Shown here: positions 29,892-43,194 of the stretch, piece by piece | Position numbering within the stretch: the stretch's first letter is position 1 | How the letters are laid out: every line of letters starts with the position of its first letter | Assembly (NCBI GenBank): GCA_031423895.1 | Contig: JANPGK010000008.1 | Coordinates: 278 to 64,277 of the forward strand | Length of the DNA: 64,000 nt | Reading direction: 5' to 3' | DNA from: Hyphomicrobiales bacterium | GTDB taxonomy: Bacteria > Pseudomonadota > Alphaproteobacteria > Rhizobiales > JANPGK01 | Notes under the pieces: model-generated | What the model saw: only the letters and a program-made list of their open reading frames with translations | Told to the model about the DNA's origin: nothing | Database searches by the model: none | Made by a program: the position numbers and the translations under genes

Positions 29892-30449
29892 TTAGGCAAT
29901 ATACGCCAAAAACTCAGCTTTTGTGGCAAGAATGGCGGCTTCGTCTTGCGGGGTGGGGACAAGGCATGCGCACGGAATCTCGGCGATTTCCACCCACCAT
30001 TTGGCCAATTCTGCCAGCGGCGCAATGGCGTTGCCAGGGCCTGTGGGGGCATTAACATTACCGAATAGAATATAATCGAGCCCATGTTCTGCTGCGGCAA
30101 ATGCATCATCTCGATTGCGAATATCACCGCCACCCACAATAAATTTGGGCTTTAAATTACCAGCGAATGCTTTGAGCTCAGATTCATCATGGCCATGCAC
30201 ATTCACATGAAGCCCGTCCGCACTGGTATATTGCACTGTAGCTGGAGAACCTGTCACTAACGCGGCAATATTGAGTGTTTGTGCAGCGGCTACTAGTGGC
30301 GTTGCCGCATCAATATACGCGCGAGCGTCGATTTGTTTGCCTGTAAATATCACACTTGCCACATCACGGCTTTGTGCGGCTGCGTGTAAACGGTTCAAGG
30401 CATCTTTTAAAAACACATCGAGAATAATGATACTGCGTGGGGGCTTCAT
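29892..30449 (-). CDS. thiamine-phosphate synthase (ThiE/TenI)-like family protein
   Basis: 185 aa with a TIM-barrel-like pattern: ...NIAALVTGSP...ADGLHVN...FIVGGGDIRNRDDAFAAAEHGLDYILFG... The assignment is by resemblance only. Confidence 0.45.
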   Translation of the reverse strand: MKPPRSIIILDVFLKDALNRLHAAAQSRDVASVIFTGKQIDARAYIDAATPLVAAAQTLNIAALVTGSPATVQYTSADGLHVNVHGHDESELKAFAGNLKPKFIVGGGDIRNRDDAFAAAEHGLDYILFGNVNAPTGPGNAIAPLAELAKWWVEIAEIPCACLVPTPQDEAAILATKAEFLAYIA

Positions 30450-30568
30450 TTTAAGTCCTGTTATAAATGTGTAAGAATTGAAGTTTCACTTCCATTTTTG
30501 CTAAAGTTGCTGTGGATACGTCAAAGATCACTATAATTTCCCCCAAAACATGATGTGTTTTGAGTATA

Positions 30569-32287
30569 TTACGCCACTTCATGCGCAATTGGTGCTTTTT
30601 TTGCAAGCGCCACAGCGCCTGTCTCACCCGATGGCAAAGCGAAACATACTGAATTTTCATATTTTTCAAAATTCAAGTTAATCAATTCACCATTAGCATT
30701 TTTGAGCGCACTCATCAAGCCCGCCGAAGCAAGACCGCGCCCAGCATGCGGCATATTGGTAGGACGCAATTGTGATCGCCTCGCATCAGGCTTGCCTTCA
30801 TAGGCAATCAATCCGACCATATTGTCGTTATATTTGAAGGCTTCCACGCATAATACAGGGGCTTCATAAAGCGAGCGCGCATGGATTAAGCATAAGCTTT
30901 GGCGCAGCACCGCTTCAATATTTTCCAATGTACCACGCACGATGGGCAACACATCATGTTCTAGTCGACCCGAAACTAAATCGGCTTTTTGTGCTTCATC
31001 ATACCATCGATTCAATATACGATCTGGCAATAAGGAAATTTCATCCTCAGGATTAGATTGCGCGCCGCCCTGCATTGAGGCCATAATCAACAGGCAGCTT
31101 TCCAACAAAAATTTGCCTTCAGTGCGTTTGCGTTCAGATGCCTTCACCTCATTGGCTTTATGTGTAATTTCGCGCTCCATTTTATCCATTTTATCCATTT
31201 CTTTGGAAAGATCATAAAATGTAACAATGAATCTCTTTATATTCTCATTCTTATCAACTATTTTATTTGTATTCATCAAGCAACGTTTGCTTCCAGATGG
31301 AGTAATAATTCTTACCATTGTTTGCATGTGCTCTAAATGTTGCAAATCCATAAGTCTAACAGTTTCAACCTCTTTGTCATGTTTAATTTCAATATTTATT
31401 TCAGCCATTTGTGTCATGGCTTCTTCTTCATCTAACACTTGCAGCAAAATAAACGCGGCAGGGTTGAGGTTCATTAACTCCCCTTCAGGGTTAAATTGCA
31501 GCACGGCCAATGTCGATTTTTCCAGCAATTGTTCAGCTGCTGCTAAATCTTCTGCAAATAAGTAGGAGATACGATCTGCCATGGCATCAAAATAGCGTGC
31601 GGTTTCACCAATCGAATCGGCGCGCCTCCAGTTTAACTTAAAATCGTCCGCGTTCTCAGGGTAGGTGCTGAGTGCCTTCATTCGGAGTGATAATTTTTTC
31701 ATAGGGTATATGAGCAAAAAGAAAAATACAAAAGTAGCAATGAACAATACAAACCCAGCTTTATAATAATAAAGCTTCATTTCTGCAGCAACTTTATCAT
31801 TTAAATAAATGTTTATATCTTTAACGTCAACTCGAAATACAACTGTTTCAGTTAATCCTAGCTCTTCACCTTTATAAAATACATCGAGCAATTTATCATT
31901 TTCATTATAGTAGAATTTCCCCATGCCAGCGCGCACCCCAGAAAATGTGAGTGTGGGTCTGATGCCAAAACTGTTGAGTTCTTCACCAATCGGGGTATAA
32001 ATTGTGCCGCCGCGCACGCGCGAATTGCTGATCAGCTTCTCACCTAAATCCACAACTTCTTGCCATTTTGGGTAATTAATCGTGTCGAAATGCGAAACAA
32101 TGATCGCCCGCACTTCACGATGAATTTCAGTGTGATATAGTTTTGTGTAGGCTTCTTTTTGTAAAGAAATTGAAAAATAATGGGAAAATGCAAGGCTTGC
32201 CGCCACTAGCACAATAAAAATTGCGGGCAGCGGAATGGGAATCCGCCCCTTATTAAAGGTTTTGCGAAGTACGCGCACTATATTCAT
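30569..32287 (-). CDS. membrane sensor histidine-kinase-like protein with degenerate H-box and N-box (possible pseudokinase), AT-rich
   Basis: Architecture is TM1, a ~150-aa extracytoplasmic domain, TM2 (FVLFIATFVFFFLLIY), a HAMP-like linker, a PAS-like segment, a coiled coil and a C-terminal HATPase-like G2 region (GRGLASAGLMSALKNANGELINLNFEKYENSVCFALP). The H-box position reads KFLLESCLLIMASMQGG, with no His. Confidence 0.45.
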   Translation of the reverse strand: MNIVRVLRKTFNKGRIPIPLPAIFIVLVAASLAFSHYFSISLQKEAYTKLYHTEIHREVRAIIVSHFDTINYPKWQEVVDLGEKLISNSRVRGGTIYTPIGEELNSFGIRPTLTFSGVRAGMGKFYYNENDKLLDVFYKGEELGLTETVVFRVDVKDINIYLNDKVAAEMKLYYYKAGFVLFIATFVFFFLLIYPMKKLSLRMKALSTYPENADDFKLNWRRADSIGETARYFDAMADRISYLFAEDLAAAEQLLEKSTLAVLQFNPEGELMNLNPAAFILLQVLDEEEAMTQMAEINIEIKHDKEVETVRLMDLQHLEHMQTMVRIITPSGSKRCLMNTNKIVDKNENIKRFIVTFYDLSKEMDKMDKMEREITHKANEVKASERKRTEGKFLLESCLLIMASMQGGAQSNPEDEISLLPDRILNRWYDEAQKADLVSGRLEHDVLPIVRGTLENIEAVLRQSLCLIHARSLYEAPVLCVEAFKYNDNMVGLIAYEGKPDARRSQLRPTNMPHAGRGLASAGLMSALKNANGELINLNFEKYENSVCFALPSGETGAVALAKKAPIAHEVA

Positions 32288-32364
32288 GAGTGTATTTTAT
32301 ACGTAAAACATTAATATAGGCTTGAATTCCATCAATGACGCTTGGCTATTAGCTATCAGAATTA

Positions 32365-32408
32365 CGTGGATAGATGTTAGAAATTGGCGCGCCCGAAAGG
32401 ATTCGAAC
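32365..32408. repeat. 44-bp direct repeat of the tRNA-Arg 3' end plus 20 nt of downstream flank (second copy 32446-32489)
   Basis: CGTGGATAGATGTTAGAAATTGGCGCGCCCGAAAGGATTCGAAC occurs identically at 32365-32408 and 32446-32489, separated by 37 unrelated nt. Confidence 0.85.
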
Positions 32409-32465
32409 TTCCCCGCGCGTGAGCGCAAACTAATAAATAGAGGTTCGTGGATAGATGTTAGAAAT

Positions 32466-32542
32466 TGGCGCGCCCGAAAGGATTCGAACCTCTGACCCCC
32501 AGATTCGTAGTCTGGTGCTCTATCCAGCTGAGCTACGGGCGC
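32466..32542 (-). tRNA. tRNA-Arg (anticodon ACG), 77 nt with encoded CCA
   Basis: The reverse complement is GCGCCCGTAGCTCAGCTGGATAGAGCACCAGACTACGAATCTGGGGGTCAGAGGTTCGAATCCTTTCGGGCGCGCCA. It folds as a cloverleaf with anticodon loop CT-ACG-AA. Confidence 0.95.
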
Positions 32543-32681
32543 AATTTCATTAAGTGAAGCAGCCTATACGCAAAAAATTTGGTACAAGCAAGTGCCAAAT
32601 CTCACAAAATAGCATTTGTGTTCGGGAATCCATTTCGCTAAGCTACGCGCGCAATCCATTCAAGTAGATTTAGGAGCGAAT

Positions 32682-33215
32682 ATGTGGCAATTTTTGCGGG
32701 TAATACTCTTTGCAGCGACTATCTTGGCCACACATGCCAGCGGCGCTTTGGCGTGCCATGCTTTGCCTGAAGTGGGCACCGTAGCTAAGCCAGCAGATGC
32801 CACAACGCCTCACATCACGCCCAACACACTGCACCTATGCCATGCCTGGGTGCGTCTGGCGCCGCCAGCTGTGCCCATCACCGCCGCCTATTTACATGTG
32901 CATAATAATAGTGCGCAAGATGATGTATTAATTTCAGTGAGCGCGCCAATTGCGGAGCGGGTGGAATTGCATGAAACAACCCAAATTGATGGAATCGCCA
33001 AAATGCGGGCTTTGCCAAATGGTGTGCCATTGCCAAAAGGCGCGCATGTAGAGATGAAACCAGGGGGCATTCATATTATGCTGATGGCATTAAAATCTCC
33101 GCTTTCGGAAGGCCAAAAATTACCCATCACTTTGAATTTTACCAAGCGCGCACCGCTTACGGTTGAGGCCGTTGTGCAAAAGGCAATGCCAAGTGCAGTA
33201 CTGCATCAACATTAA
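32682..33215 (+). CDS. copper chaperone PCu(A)C (DUF461)
   Basis: Signal peptide followed by [59 protein letters not shown]. The start was moved to the ATG after TAGGAGCG. Confidence 0.8.
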   Translation: MWQFLRVILFAATILATHASGALACHALPEVGTVAKPADATTPHITPNTLHLCHAWVRLAPPAVPITAAYLHVHNNSAQDDVLISVSAPIAERVELHETTQIDGIAKMRALPNGVPLPKGAHVEMKPGGIHIMLMALKSPLSEGQKLPITLNFTKRAPLTVEAVVQKAMPSAVLHQH

Positions 33216-33243
33216 CCTTTTATATATTTTTATATAGTGTGCC

Positions 33244-33272
33244 CTTGACTCTCTACGGGGGCATACCTACAT
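33244..33272 (+). promoter_or_regulatory. candidate RpoH (sigma-32)-type heat-shock promoter of groESL
   Basis: CTTG-N18-CCTACAT compares with the alphaproteobacterial consensus CTTG-N17/18-CYTATNT (one mismatch). It lies about 90 nt upstream of the groES ATG. No CIRCE inverted repeat was seen. Confidence 0.4.
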
Positions 33273-33361
33273 GTGCTGCACCTCGCGTAAAAGCGGCGTA
33301 CGCGCTGCTGGCGAGTATACATTCAACCAAAACTGTAACGAACACACTAAAGGGGTTCACC

Positions 33362-33652
33362 ATGAAATTTAAACCACTCCACGACCGCGTTCTTGTGCGT
33401 CGCATTGAATCTGAGGCCAAAACAAAAGGTGGCATTATCATTCCCGACACCGCAAAAGAAAAGCCACAAGAAGGCGAAATTATCTCGGTGGGCACTGGCC
33501 TGCGTGATGATAAAGGCGCGGTGATTGCCTTGGCTGTGAAAGCGGGCGACAAAGTGTTATTTGGCAAATGGTCTGGCACAGAAGTGAAAATTGACGGTGA
33601 AGACCTATTGATTATGAAAGAATCCGACATTTTGGGCGTAATTGCTGCTTAA
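33362..33652 (+). CDS. groES: co-chaperonin GroES
   Basis: [44 protein letters not shown]..., 96 aa. Confidence 0.97.
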   Translation: MKFKPLHDRVLVRRIESEAKTKGGIIIPDTAKEKPQEGEIISVGTGLRDDKGAVIALAVKAGDKVLFGKWSGTEVKIDGEDLLIMKESDILGVIAA

Positions 33653-33663
33653 TGTTTATGGAC

Positions 33664-35438
<1,775 letters not shown>

Positions 35439-35588
35439 GCACTTCCTTTTCGCCACTAACGGCGGTGTTTATCGGTTACGCTGTGCTCATGTACTAAATG
35501 TACACTGCGCGCAGCGCCCCTCAAACACGTTGTTATTGACAAAAAGAGAAGCACTAGTTGTGCCCATTAGCACGCACCAAACTTAACG

Positions 35589-35620
35589 ATATGGCGGCCT
35601 TCGGGTCGCCATATTTTTTT
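35589..35620 (+). terminator. rho-independent terminator about 150 nt after groEL
   Basis: ATATGGCGGCC-ttcg-GGTCGCCATAT followed by TTTTTTT. Confidence 0.7.
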
Positions 35621-35682
35621 GGGGGGGTATTGTCATCAATCCGTATGCGGGCGCAGCCCGTTTCTTCCCCGCCAGCGCACAG

Positions 35683-35705
35683 AAAAACGGCCTCAAACGA
35701 GGCCG
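35683..35705 (-). terminator. rho-independent terminator of the 35741-36220 gene
   Basis: The minus strand reads CGGCCTC-gttt-GAGGCCG TTTTT. It sits within an ~80-nt flank that is duplicated at 36327-36405. Confidence 0.65.
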
Positions 35706-35740
35706 CATAAGGAATGATGAAGCTGTTTTATGTGGCGTTG

Positions 35741-36220
35741 TTAGGCCTGTGGGGTAGCACTATCCGTGCTAGAATTGGAGCGCTTAGAAAACAATCCTGA
35801 AACAGCGGCAACATATGCAAGTGCACCAAAACTGAGTAATTTCATGTATACTTTGGATGACAGAAAAATTTTTCCGATGTCTGTATAAAATGCTTTACGT
35901 TGTGGATTTGCGCCATCAATTGCACGTTTCCATTCTGCAGGGCTGTTTATGTCCCATATGCCTTGCAAAAATTTAGCATGCTCCGATTTATACATTGTAT
36001 GGCTTAAATTTATAGAAGTTTTTAAACTCAGTTTAAAATCGCCTATGTGCAAAGGGTCAATTTGATTAAGGGTATGGTGTGAGTGCTGTAAAATAGCATT
36101 TTCATTTACAATGGGTGTTTTATCAAAATCAACATATGAACACATTTGATTCACAAATTGTTTCATATAATTGAGGCCATCTGCTGCGGTATTAAATTTA
36201 ATAGTCATAATAATCACCAT
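35741..36220 (-). CDS. small C-terminally TM-anchored hypothetical protein, tandem paralogue 1
   Basis: 159 aa, AT-rich. It begins MVIIMTIKF and ends SKVYMKLLSFGALAYVAAVSGLFSKRSNSSTDSATPQA. Roughly 50 percent identical by eye to the 36413-36880 product. Confidence 0.55.
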   Translation of the reverse strand: MVIIMTIKFNTAADGLNYMKQFVNQMCSYVDFDKTPIVNENAILQHSHHTLNQIDPLHIGDFKLSLKTSINLSHTMYKSEHAKFLQGIWDINSPAEWKRAIDGANPQRKAFYTDIGKIFLSSKVYMKLLSFGALAYVAAVSGLFSKRSNSSTDSATPQA

Positions 36221-36370
36221 TTATTATTTACTTGAATAAGTATTGCTTCTATAATTTTCTATTGTAATAGTCAATATATTATTGGTAATTAGAGTGTTTC
36301 ATTTCCAATTTCCAATTGGGCAAATAATCCGTATGCGGGGGCTGCCCATTTTACACCCCTTAGCGCACAG

Positions 36371-36393
36371 AAAAACGGCCACAAACGCGGCCG
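36371..36393 (-). terminator. rho-independent terminator of the 36413-36880 gene
   Basis: The minus strand reads CGGCCGC-gtttgt-GGCCG TTTTT. It is homologous to the terminator at 35683-35705. Confidence 0.55.
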
Positions 36394-36412
36394 TATAAGA
36401 AATGATTATTTC

Positions 36413-36880
36413 TTAAGCCTGAGGTATGCGAGTTTCAGGTTGTTTTGAAAAAAGCCCTGAAACAGCGGCAACACATGCAAGCGCACCAATGCCTAGTAAT
36501 TTTAAATATACTTTGGACGACAAGAAAAACTTACCTATTTCAATTAAACTCGGTTTGTGTGATGCAGGCGCGGCTTCAATTGCTCGTTTCCAATCCGCTG
36601 GGCTATTGACATCCCAAACTTCTTTAAGATATTTAGCATTAAATTTTTTATTTACTTGTTTAGAAGCCTCCACGGAGGCTTTTAAATTGTTTTTGAATAG
36701 CACTAATTGATCAGAGTCAATTTCGTTAAGTGTATGTTTGGCATGCTGTAAAATTGCATCTTCGCTAACAATCGGATTTTTATTAAAGTTCACATAATCT
36801 TCCATTTGCATGATAAAATTTGTAACATACTGTATACCTTGTTCAGATGTAGTAAAACGTATAGCCATTATAATCACCAT
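36413..36880 (-). CDS. small C-terminally TM-anchored hypothetical protein, tandem paralogue 2
   Basis: 155 aa. It begins MVIIMAIRF and ends SKVYLKLLGIGALACVAAVSGLFSKQPETRIPQA. Confidence 0.55.
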   Translation of the reverse strand: MVIIMAIRFTTSEQGIQYVTNFIMQMEDYVNFNKNPIVSEDAILQHAKHTLNEIDSDQLVLFKNNLKASVEASKQVNKKFNAKYLKEVWDVNSPADWKRAIEAAPASHKPSLIEIGKFFLSSKVYLKLLGIGALACVAAVSGLFSKQPETRIPQA

Positions 36881-36976
36881 TATGTAAGTTAGATATTATT
36901 TTTTATAATATAAATATGCTAGCATTTTGTCAATAACATTTCTATACTTCAGGCTAAAATACATTATTGCAACCCC

Positions 36977-38374
36977 TCACCCCAACGTCTTCCTCCACCT
37001 CGCTGCCTGTGCGCGCACGTTCTTCGGGGCTGTGCCGCCGAAGCTGATGCGGCGCTTGATCGCGGCTTCGGCGGTGAGCACTTTGAACACATCGTTGGTG
37101 ATGGTGGGTTCGATGCTTTGCAATTGCGCGAGCGTTAATTTATGCAGTGGTTTTTTGGCATCTTCGGCCAGCTTCACCGCGCGGCCCGTGATGTGGTGCG
37201 CTTGGCGGAACGGAATGCCCAGCGCTTGCACCAGCCAATCGGCCAATTCAGTTGCGGTGGAATAGCCGCCACTTGCTGCCGCCTTCAGGGCAGGGGCGTT
37301 CACTTGAATATCGGCCACCATGCCTTCCATCACCGCAAGGCATAAGGAGAGCGTTTCTAGCGCGTCGAACGTGGCCTCTTTATCCTCTTGCATGTCCTTG
37401 GAATAGGCCAGCGGCAGGCCTTTCATCACCATGAGCAGCCCTTGGAAATGCCCCGCAATGCGGCCAATTTTGGCGCGCACTAATTCTGCGGCATCGGGGT
37501 TGCGCTTTTGCGGCATGATGGAGGAGCCGGTGGAGTATTTATCGGACAGGCTAATAAAATGAAACGGCGCGGAGCACCACACCACAATTTCCTCGGCAAA
37601 ACGGCTCAGATGCATTGCGGTGATGCTAGCGGCGGCCATGGCCTCGAGCGCAAAGTCGCGGTCGGATACGCTATCGAGCGAATTGGCGGTGGGGCGGGCA
37701 AAGCCTAGCTCCTTGGCCACAAAGTGCCGGTCAATCGGGAAGCTGGTGCCCGCCAGCGCGGCGCTGCCTAGCGGGCATTCGTTCATGCGATTGCGCGCAT
37801 CGACAAAGCGGGAATGGTCGCGCCCCAGCATTTCCACATAGGCCATAAAATGGTGCCCAAGCGTGACAGGCTGCGCGGTTTGCAAATGGGTGAAACCCGG
37901 CATCAGCGTGGCGGCATGCTCCTGCGCGCGCAGCACAAACGCCTGCTGCACCGCTTCGATCTGCTGCGCAATCGCATCCACCATATCGCGCACCCACAGG
38001 CGGAAGTCGGTCGCCACTTGGTCATTGCGCGAGCGCGCGGTGTGCAGGCGGCCAGCCGCTGGGCCGATCAACTCCGCAAGGCGGGATTCCACATTCATAT
38101 GGATGTCTTCCAGCGCGGTTTGGAAGGTGAACTGCCCGCTTTCAATCTCGCCCTGAATTTGCAGCAGCCCTTTGGTGATAGCGGCGCGATCTTCCTGTGA
38201 AATAATCCCCTGCTGCGCGAGCATAGCCGCATGCACGATGGAGGCGCGGATGTCTTGCGCATACATTTTTTTGTCAAAACCAATCGACGCGTTGATGGCC
38301 TCCATCATTTTATCACTTGCACTTTCAAAGCGGCCACCCCACATAGGGTTGGAAGGTGTTGATGTGTTACTCAT
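36977..38374 (-). CDS. argH: argininosuccinate lyase
   Basis: [38 protein letters not shown]... and [12 protein letters not shown]. The start was set at 38374; the longer track ORF to 39052 runs antisense through tlpA. Confidence 0.95.
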   Translation of the reverse strand: MSNTSTPSNPMWGGRFESASDKMMEAINASIGFDKKMYAQDIRASIVHAAMLAQQGIISQEDRAAITKGLLQIQGEIESGQFTFQTALEDIHMNVESRLAELIGPAAGRLHTARSRNDQVATDFRLWVRDMVDAIAQQIEAVQQAFVLRAQEHAATLMPGFTHLQTAQPVTLGHHFMAYVEMLGRDHSRFVDARNRMNECPLGSAALAGTSFPIDRHFVAKELGFARPTANSLDSVSDRDFALEAMAAASITAMHLSRFAEEIVVWCSAPFHFISLSDKYSTGSSIMPQKRNPDAAELVRAKIGRIAGHFQGLLMVMKGLPLAYSKDMQEDKEATFDALETLSLCLAVMEGMVADIQVNAPALKAAASGGYSTATELADWLVQALGIPFRQAHHITGRAVKLAEDAKKPLHKLTLAQLQSIEPTITNDVFKVLTAEAAIKRRISFGGTAPKNVRAQAARWRKTLG

Positions 38375-38393
38375 GCTGCGCTCCGAAGGATAG

Positions 38394-39008
38394 ATGATGA
38401 CCCGTAAAATTGGCTTTATATCTGCAATAATCGCATTGGCGTGTATAGCATTATTTTGGGGCACGCGCCCGCAGCCCGCGCCAATTGCTGCTGCGCCGCA
38501 GTGCCAAATGGTAGATCGGGCGCAGTTAAACGCGCTTGCAGTGGGCGAAATTGCGGGGCTGAAGGTGCTCGATGTGCCGCGCCTATTGCCTGCACTGGCA
38601 TTTGAAGATGCAACAGGGGCGCCCATTTCGCTCGCAAATTTTAAAGGCAAAGCGGTGCTCATGAACTTTTGGGCCACATGGTGCGCGCCCTGCCGTGAGG
38701 AAATGCCAGCGCTAGATGCATTGCAATCGACATTCAACCCGCAGCACGCGCAGGTGGTGGCCATCAGCATGGATGTGGGCGGAATTGACAAACCCAAAAA
38801 ATTTCTTGACGAAATTCGCGCCACGCGCCTCACCCTATATGCCGACCCAAAAGGCCAAATGATCAAGCAATTAAAGGCATTGGGACGCGGCACAGGGTTG
38901 CCCACCACGTTGCTGATCGACAAAAATGGCTGCGAACAGGGCTTTTTGCTCGGGGCAGCCAATTGGAATAATGAAAATATGCAGAAAATTATCAAATTAT
39001 TTGAATGA
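38394..39008 (+). CDS. tlpA: TlpA-family thiol:disulfide oxidoreductase (thioredoxin fold, membrane anchored)
   Basis: N-terminal TM segment and [23 protein letters not shown]. It is divergent from argH, as in many alphaproteobacteria. Confidence 0.8.
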   Translation: MMTRKIGFISAIIALACIALFWGTRPQPAPIAAAPQCQMVDRAQLNALAVGEIAGLKVLDVPRLLPALAFEDATGAPISLANFKGKAVLMNFWATWCAPCREEMPALDALQSTFNPQHAQVVAISMDVGGIDKPKKFLDEIRATRLTLYADPKGQMIKQLKALGRGTGLPTTLLIDKNGCEQGFLLGAANWNNENMQKIIKLFE

Positions 39009-39275
39009 GTTAACGCATTGGTTTTTAACAAGAATTTGCTATCCTGAATCACAACTTACGCGATTAATCGCAAAAAGTTATACACAGATGCGAAAATCGC
39101 CAAACTAGGGGGGTGACAGATCGAAAAACTGTATTACTCTAAACGTTAGCGCCAAAAGAGCGCATGATGTAGCACACCAGAATGCTATATACATAAATGG
39201 AAACATTCAATCGCCCGCTGGGGGCACTGACGTGCAGCAAAAATGCGCACGCAGTTTATAAAAAAGGAGGCAACG

Positions 39276-40946
39276 ATGGCCAAATCATCCGCTGCGGTTC
39301 CACACAAAGAAACATCTATGTGGAATGTCGTATTTGCATCATCACTTGGTACAGTTTTTGAATGGTACGATTTTTACCTGTATGGCTCACTTGCGGCCAT
39401 CATTGGGAAGCATTTCTTCTCAGGACTCACAGAATCGGGGCAGTTTCTCTTCGCACTCATTGCATTTGCGGCGGGCTTCTTCGTGCGGCCATTTGGTGCA
39501 TTGTTCTTCGGTCGTTTGGGCGACATGGTGGGCAGGAAACACACATTTCTTATCACAATTCTCATTATGGGGATGTCAACCTTTGTAGTGGGCATTTTGC
39601 CAACCTATGAAGCTATTGGGATTGCGGCACCAATTTTGCTCATACTCATGCGATTGCTGCAAGGCTTGGCATTGGGCGGCGAATATGGCGGCGCAGTTGT
39701 CTATGTGGCTGAACATTCCGAGCCTGATAAGCGCGGTCTTCGCACTAGCTGGATTCAAACCACAGCAACGCTTGGGTTGTTCCTCTCACTCATCGTGATT
39801 TTGCTGTGTCGCCAATATGCACCAGGGGTCACGCCGGCTGAAAAAGAGGCCGCGTTTTCATCTGCATGGGGGGGATGGCGCATTCCATTCTTGCTCTCCA
39901 TCTTCCTATTGGCAATTTCTGTGTGGATTCGTTTAAAACTCAATGAATCGCCCATGTATCAAAAAATGAAAAACGAGGGCACAACCTCTAAAGCGCCTTT
40001 AAGCGAAGCATTTGGGAATTGGAAAAACCTCAAAATTGTGTTGTTGGCATTGTTCGGTCTCACCGCAGGGCAAGCGGTTGTGTGGTACACAGGGCAATTC
40101 TACGCCTTGTTCTTCCTCACACAAACCTTGAAGGTTGAACCCTATTGGGCGAATATTATGATTGCCATTTCGCTTGCAATTGGCACACCATTCTTCATCT
40201 TCTTTGGGTGGCTGTCCGACAAAATTGGCCGTAAACCCATTATTATGGCCGGGTGTTTTATTGCTGCAGTGACATATTTCCCATTGTTCAGTGCGCTTTC
40301 AGATCATGCAAACCCTGAACTGGCAAAAGCAATTGCAACATCGCCTGTCACCGTGACAGCAAACCCAGCTGACTGCCGCTTGCAGTTCGACCCAGTGGGC
40401 AAAGCCAAGTTCACCACGCCGTGCGACGTTGCAAAGTCAACGCTTGTGAAGGCGGGTGTGCCCTATAAAAATGTTGCAGGGCCTGCTGGCGTTGCAACCA
40501 TTACATTTGGCACGGGCGCACCAATTGCATCGTACGATTCTGCTTTGCCAGACGCCAAGGAAAAAGGCGCGGCCTTCACCAAAGCCTTTGCAGAAGCCCG
40601 CACAAAAGCGGGTTATCCTGCGAAGTCGTCTCTTCAAGGCGTTAACTGGACAGTGGTTGGCATTCTCACAATTCTCGTGATTTATGTGACCATGGTGTAT
40701 GGCCCGATTGCGGCAATGCTGGTGGAATTGTTCCCAACACGCATTCGCTACACCTCTATGTCGTTGCCATACCATATTGGGAATGGTTGGTTTGGGGGCT
40801 TCTTGCCAACAACCGCCTTTGCCATTGTGGCGTCCACGGGCGACATCTACTCTGGCCTATGGTACCCAATTATTGTGGCCGTAATGACACTGGTAATTGG
40901 CATGCTCTTTATCAGAGAGAAAAACCATAGAGTTACGATTGATTAA
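39276..40946 (+). CDS. MFS transporter, metabolite:H+ symporter (MHS) family
   Basis: An AGGAGG RBS precedes MAKSS. Motifs are LGTVFEWYDFYLYGSLAAII and GRLGDMVGRKHTF. It has 12 or more TM segments with a long central soluble insert. Confidence 0.8.
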   Translation: MAKSSAAVPHKETSMWNVVFASSLGTVFEWYDFYLYGSLAAIIGKHFFSGLTESGQFLFALIAFAAGFFVRPFGALFFGRLGDMVGRKHTFLITILIMGMSTFVVGILPTYEAIGIAAPILLILMRLLQGLALGGEYGGAVVYVAEHSEPDKRGLRTSWIQTTATLGLFLSLIVILLCRQYAPGVTPAEKEAAFSSAWGGWRIPFLLSIFLLAISVWIRLKLNESPMYQKMKNEGTTSKAPLSEAFGNWKNLKIVLLALFGLTAGQAVVWYTGQFYALFFLTQTLKVEPYWANIMIAISLAIGTPFFIFFGWLSDKIGRKPIIMAGCFIAAVTYFPLFSALSDHANPELAKAIATSPVTVTANPADCRLQFDPVGKAKFTTPCDVAKSTLVKAGVPYKNVAGPAGVATITFGTGAPIASYDSALPDAKEKGAAFTKAFAEARTKAGYPAKSSLQGVNWTVVGILTILVIYVTMVYGPIAAMLVELFPTRIRYTSMSLPYHIGNGWFGGFLPTTAFAIVASTGDIYSGLWYPIIVAVMTLVIGMLFIREKNHRVTID

Positions 40947-40969
40947 TCTCGTCGTATAAAAACTAACAG

Positions 40970-40994
40970 GGGGCGCTGTAATGGCGCCCCTTTT
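40970..40994 (+). terminator. rho-independent terminator after the MFS gene
   Basis: GGGGCGC-tgtaatg-GCGCCCC TTTT. Confidence 0.7.
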
Positions 40995-41044
40995 GTGTTG
41001 AAGTTTTTATAAATTCAGTTGAATATGCGAAGGCGCTCTTTTTG

Positions 41045-41164
41045 CTCCCCCCTTGCGGGGAAGCTGTCGAGCCGATCCTATATTGGCGAGACTGAGGGCG
41101 GTAATCTTTTGATGACCGATAGAAAGAAAACCCCTCCCCCTACCCCCTCCCGCAAGGGGAGGGG
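41045..41164. repeat. hairpin-terminated MITE/REP-like element, family A copy 2 (intergenic)
   Basis: Aligns along its whole length with 18982-19102: GCTCCCCCCTTGCGGGG.AGCTGTCGAGCC.ATCC...GAGACTGAGGG...AGAAAGAAAACCCCTCCCCCTACCCCCTCCCGCAAGGGGAGGGGA. Confidence 0.85.
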
Positions 41165-41213
41165 AAAGTAAGATTCTACCCTTGCGGGTAAATTATCTGA
41201 TTGGATTCCCCCT

Positions 41214-43184
<1,971 letters not shown>

Positions 43185-43194
43185 CGGATTGAAA

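Noticed and set aside
33273-33361. CIRCE (HrcA operator) upstream of groES
   Set aside because: No TTAGCACTC-N9-GAGTGCTAA-like inverted repeat is present in the groES leader. Only a sigma-32-like promoter candidate was found.
36977-39052. 691-aa ORF that appears to extend ArgH by about 225 N-terminal residues
   Set aside because: The conserved ArgH sequence starts at [16 protein letters not shown] (ATG at 38374). The upstream part is simply the stop-free antisense strand of tlpA (38394-39008), which has clear thioredoxin motifs.
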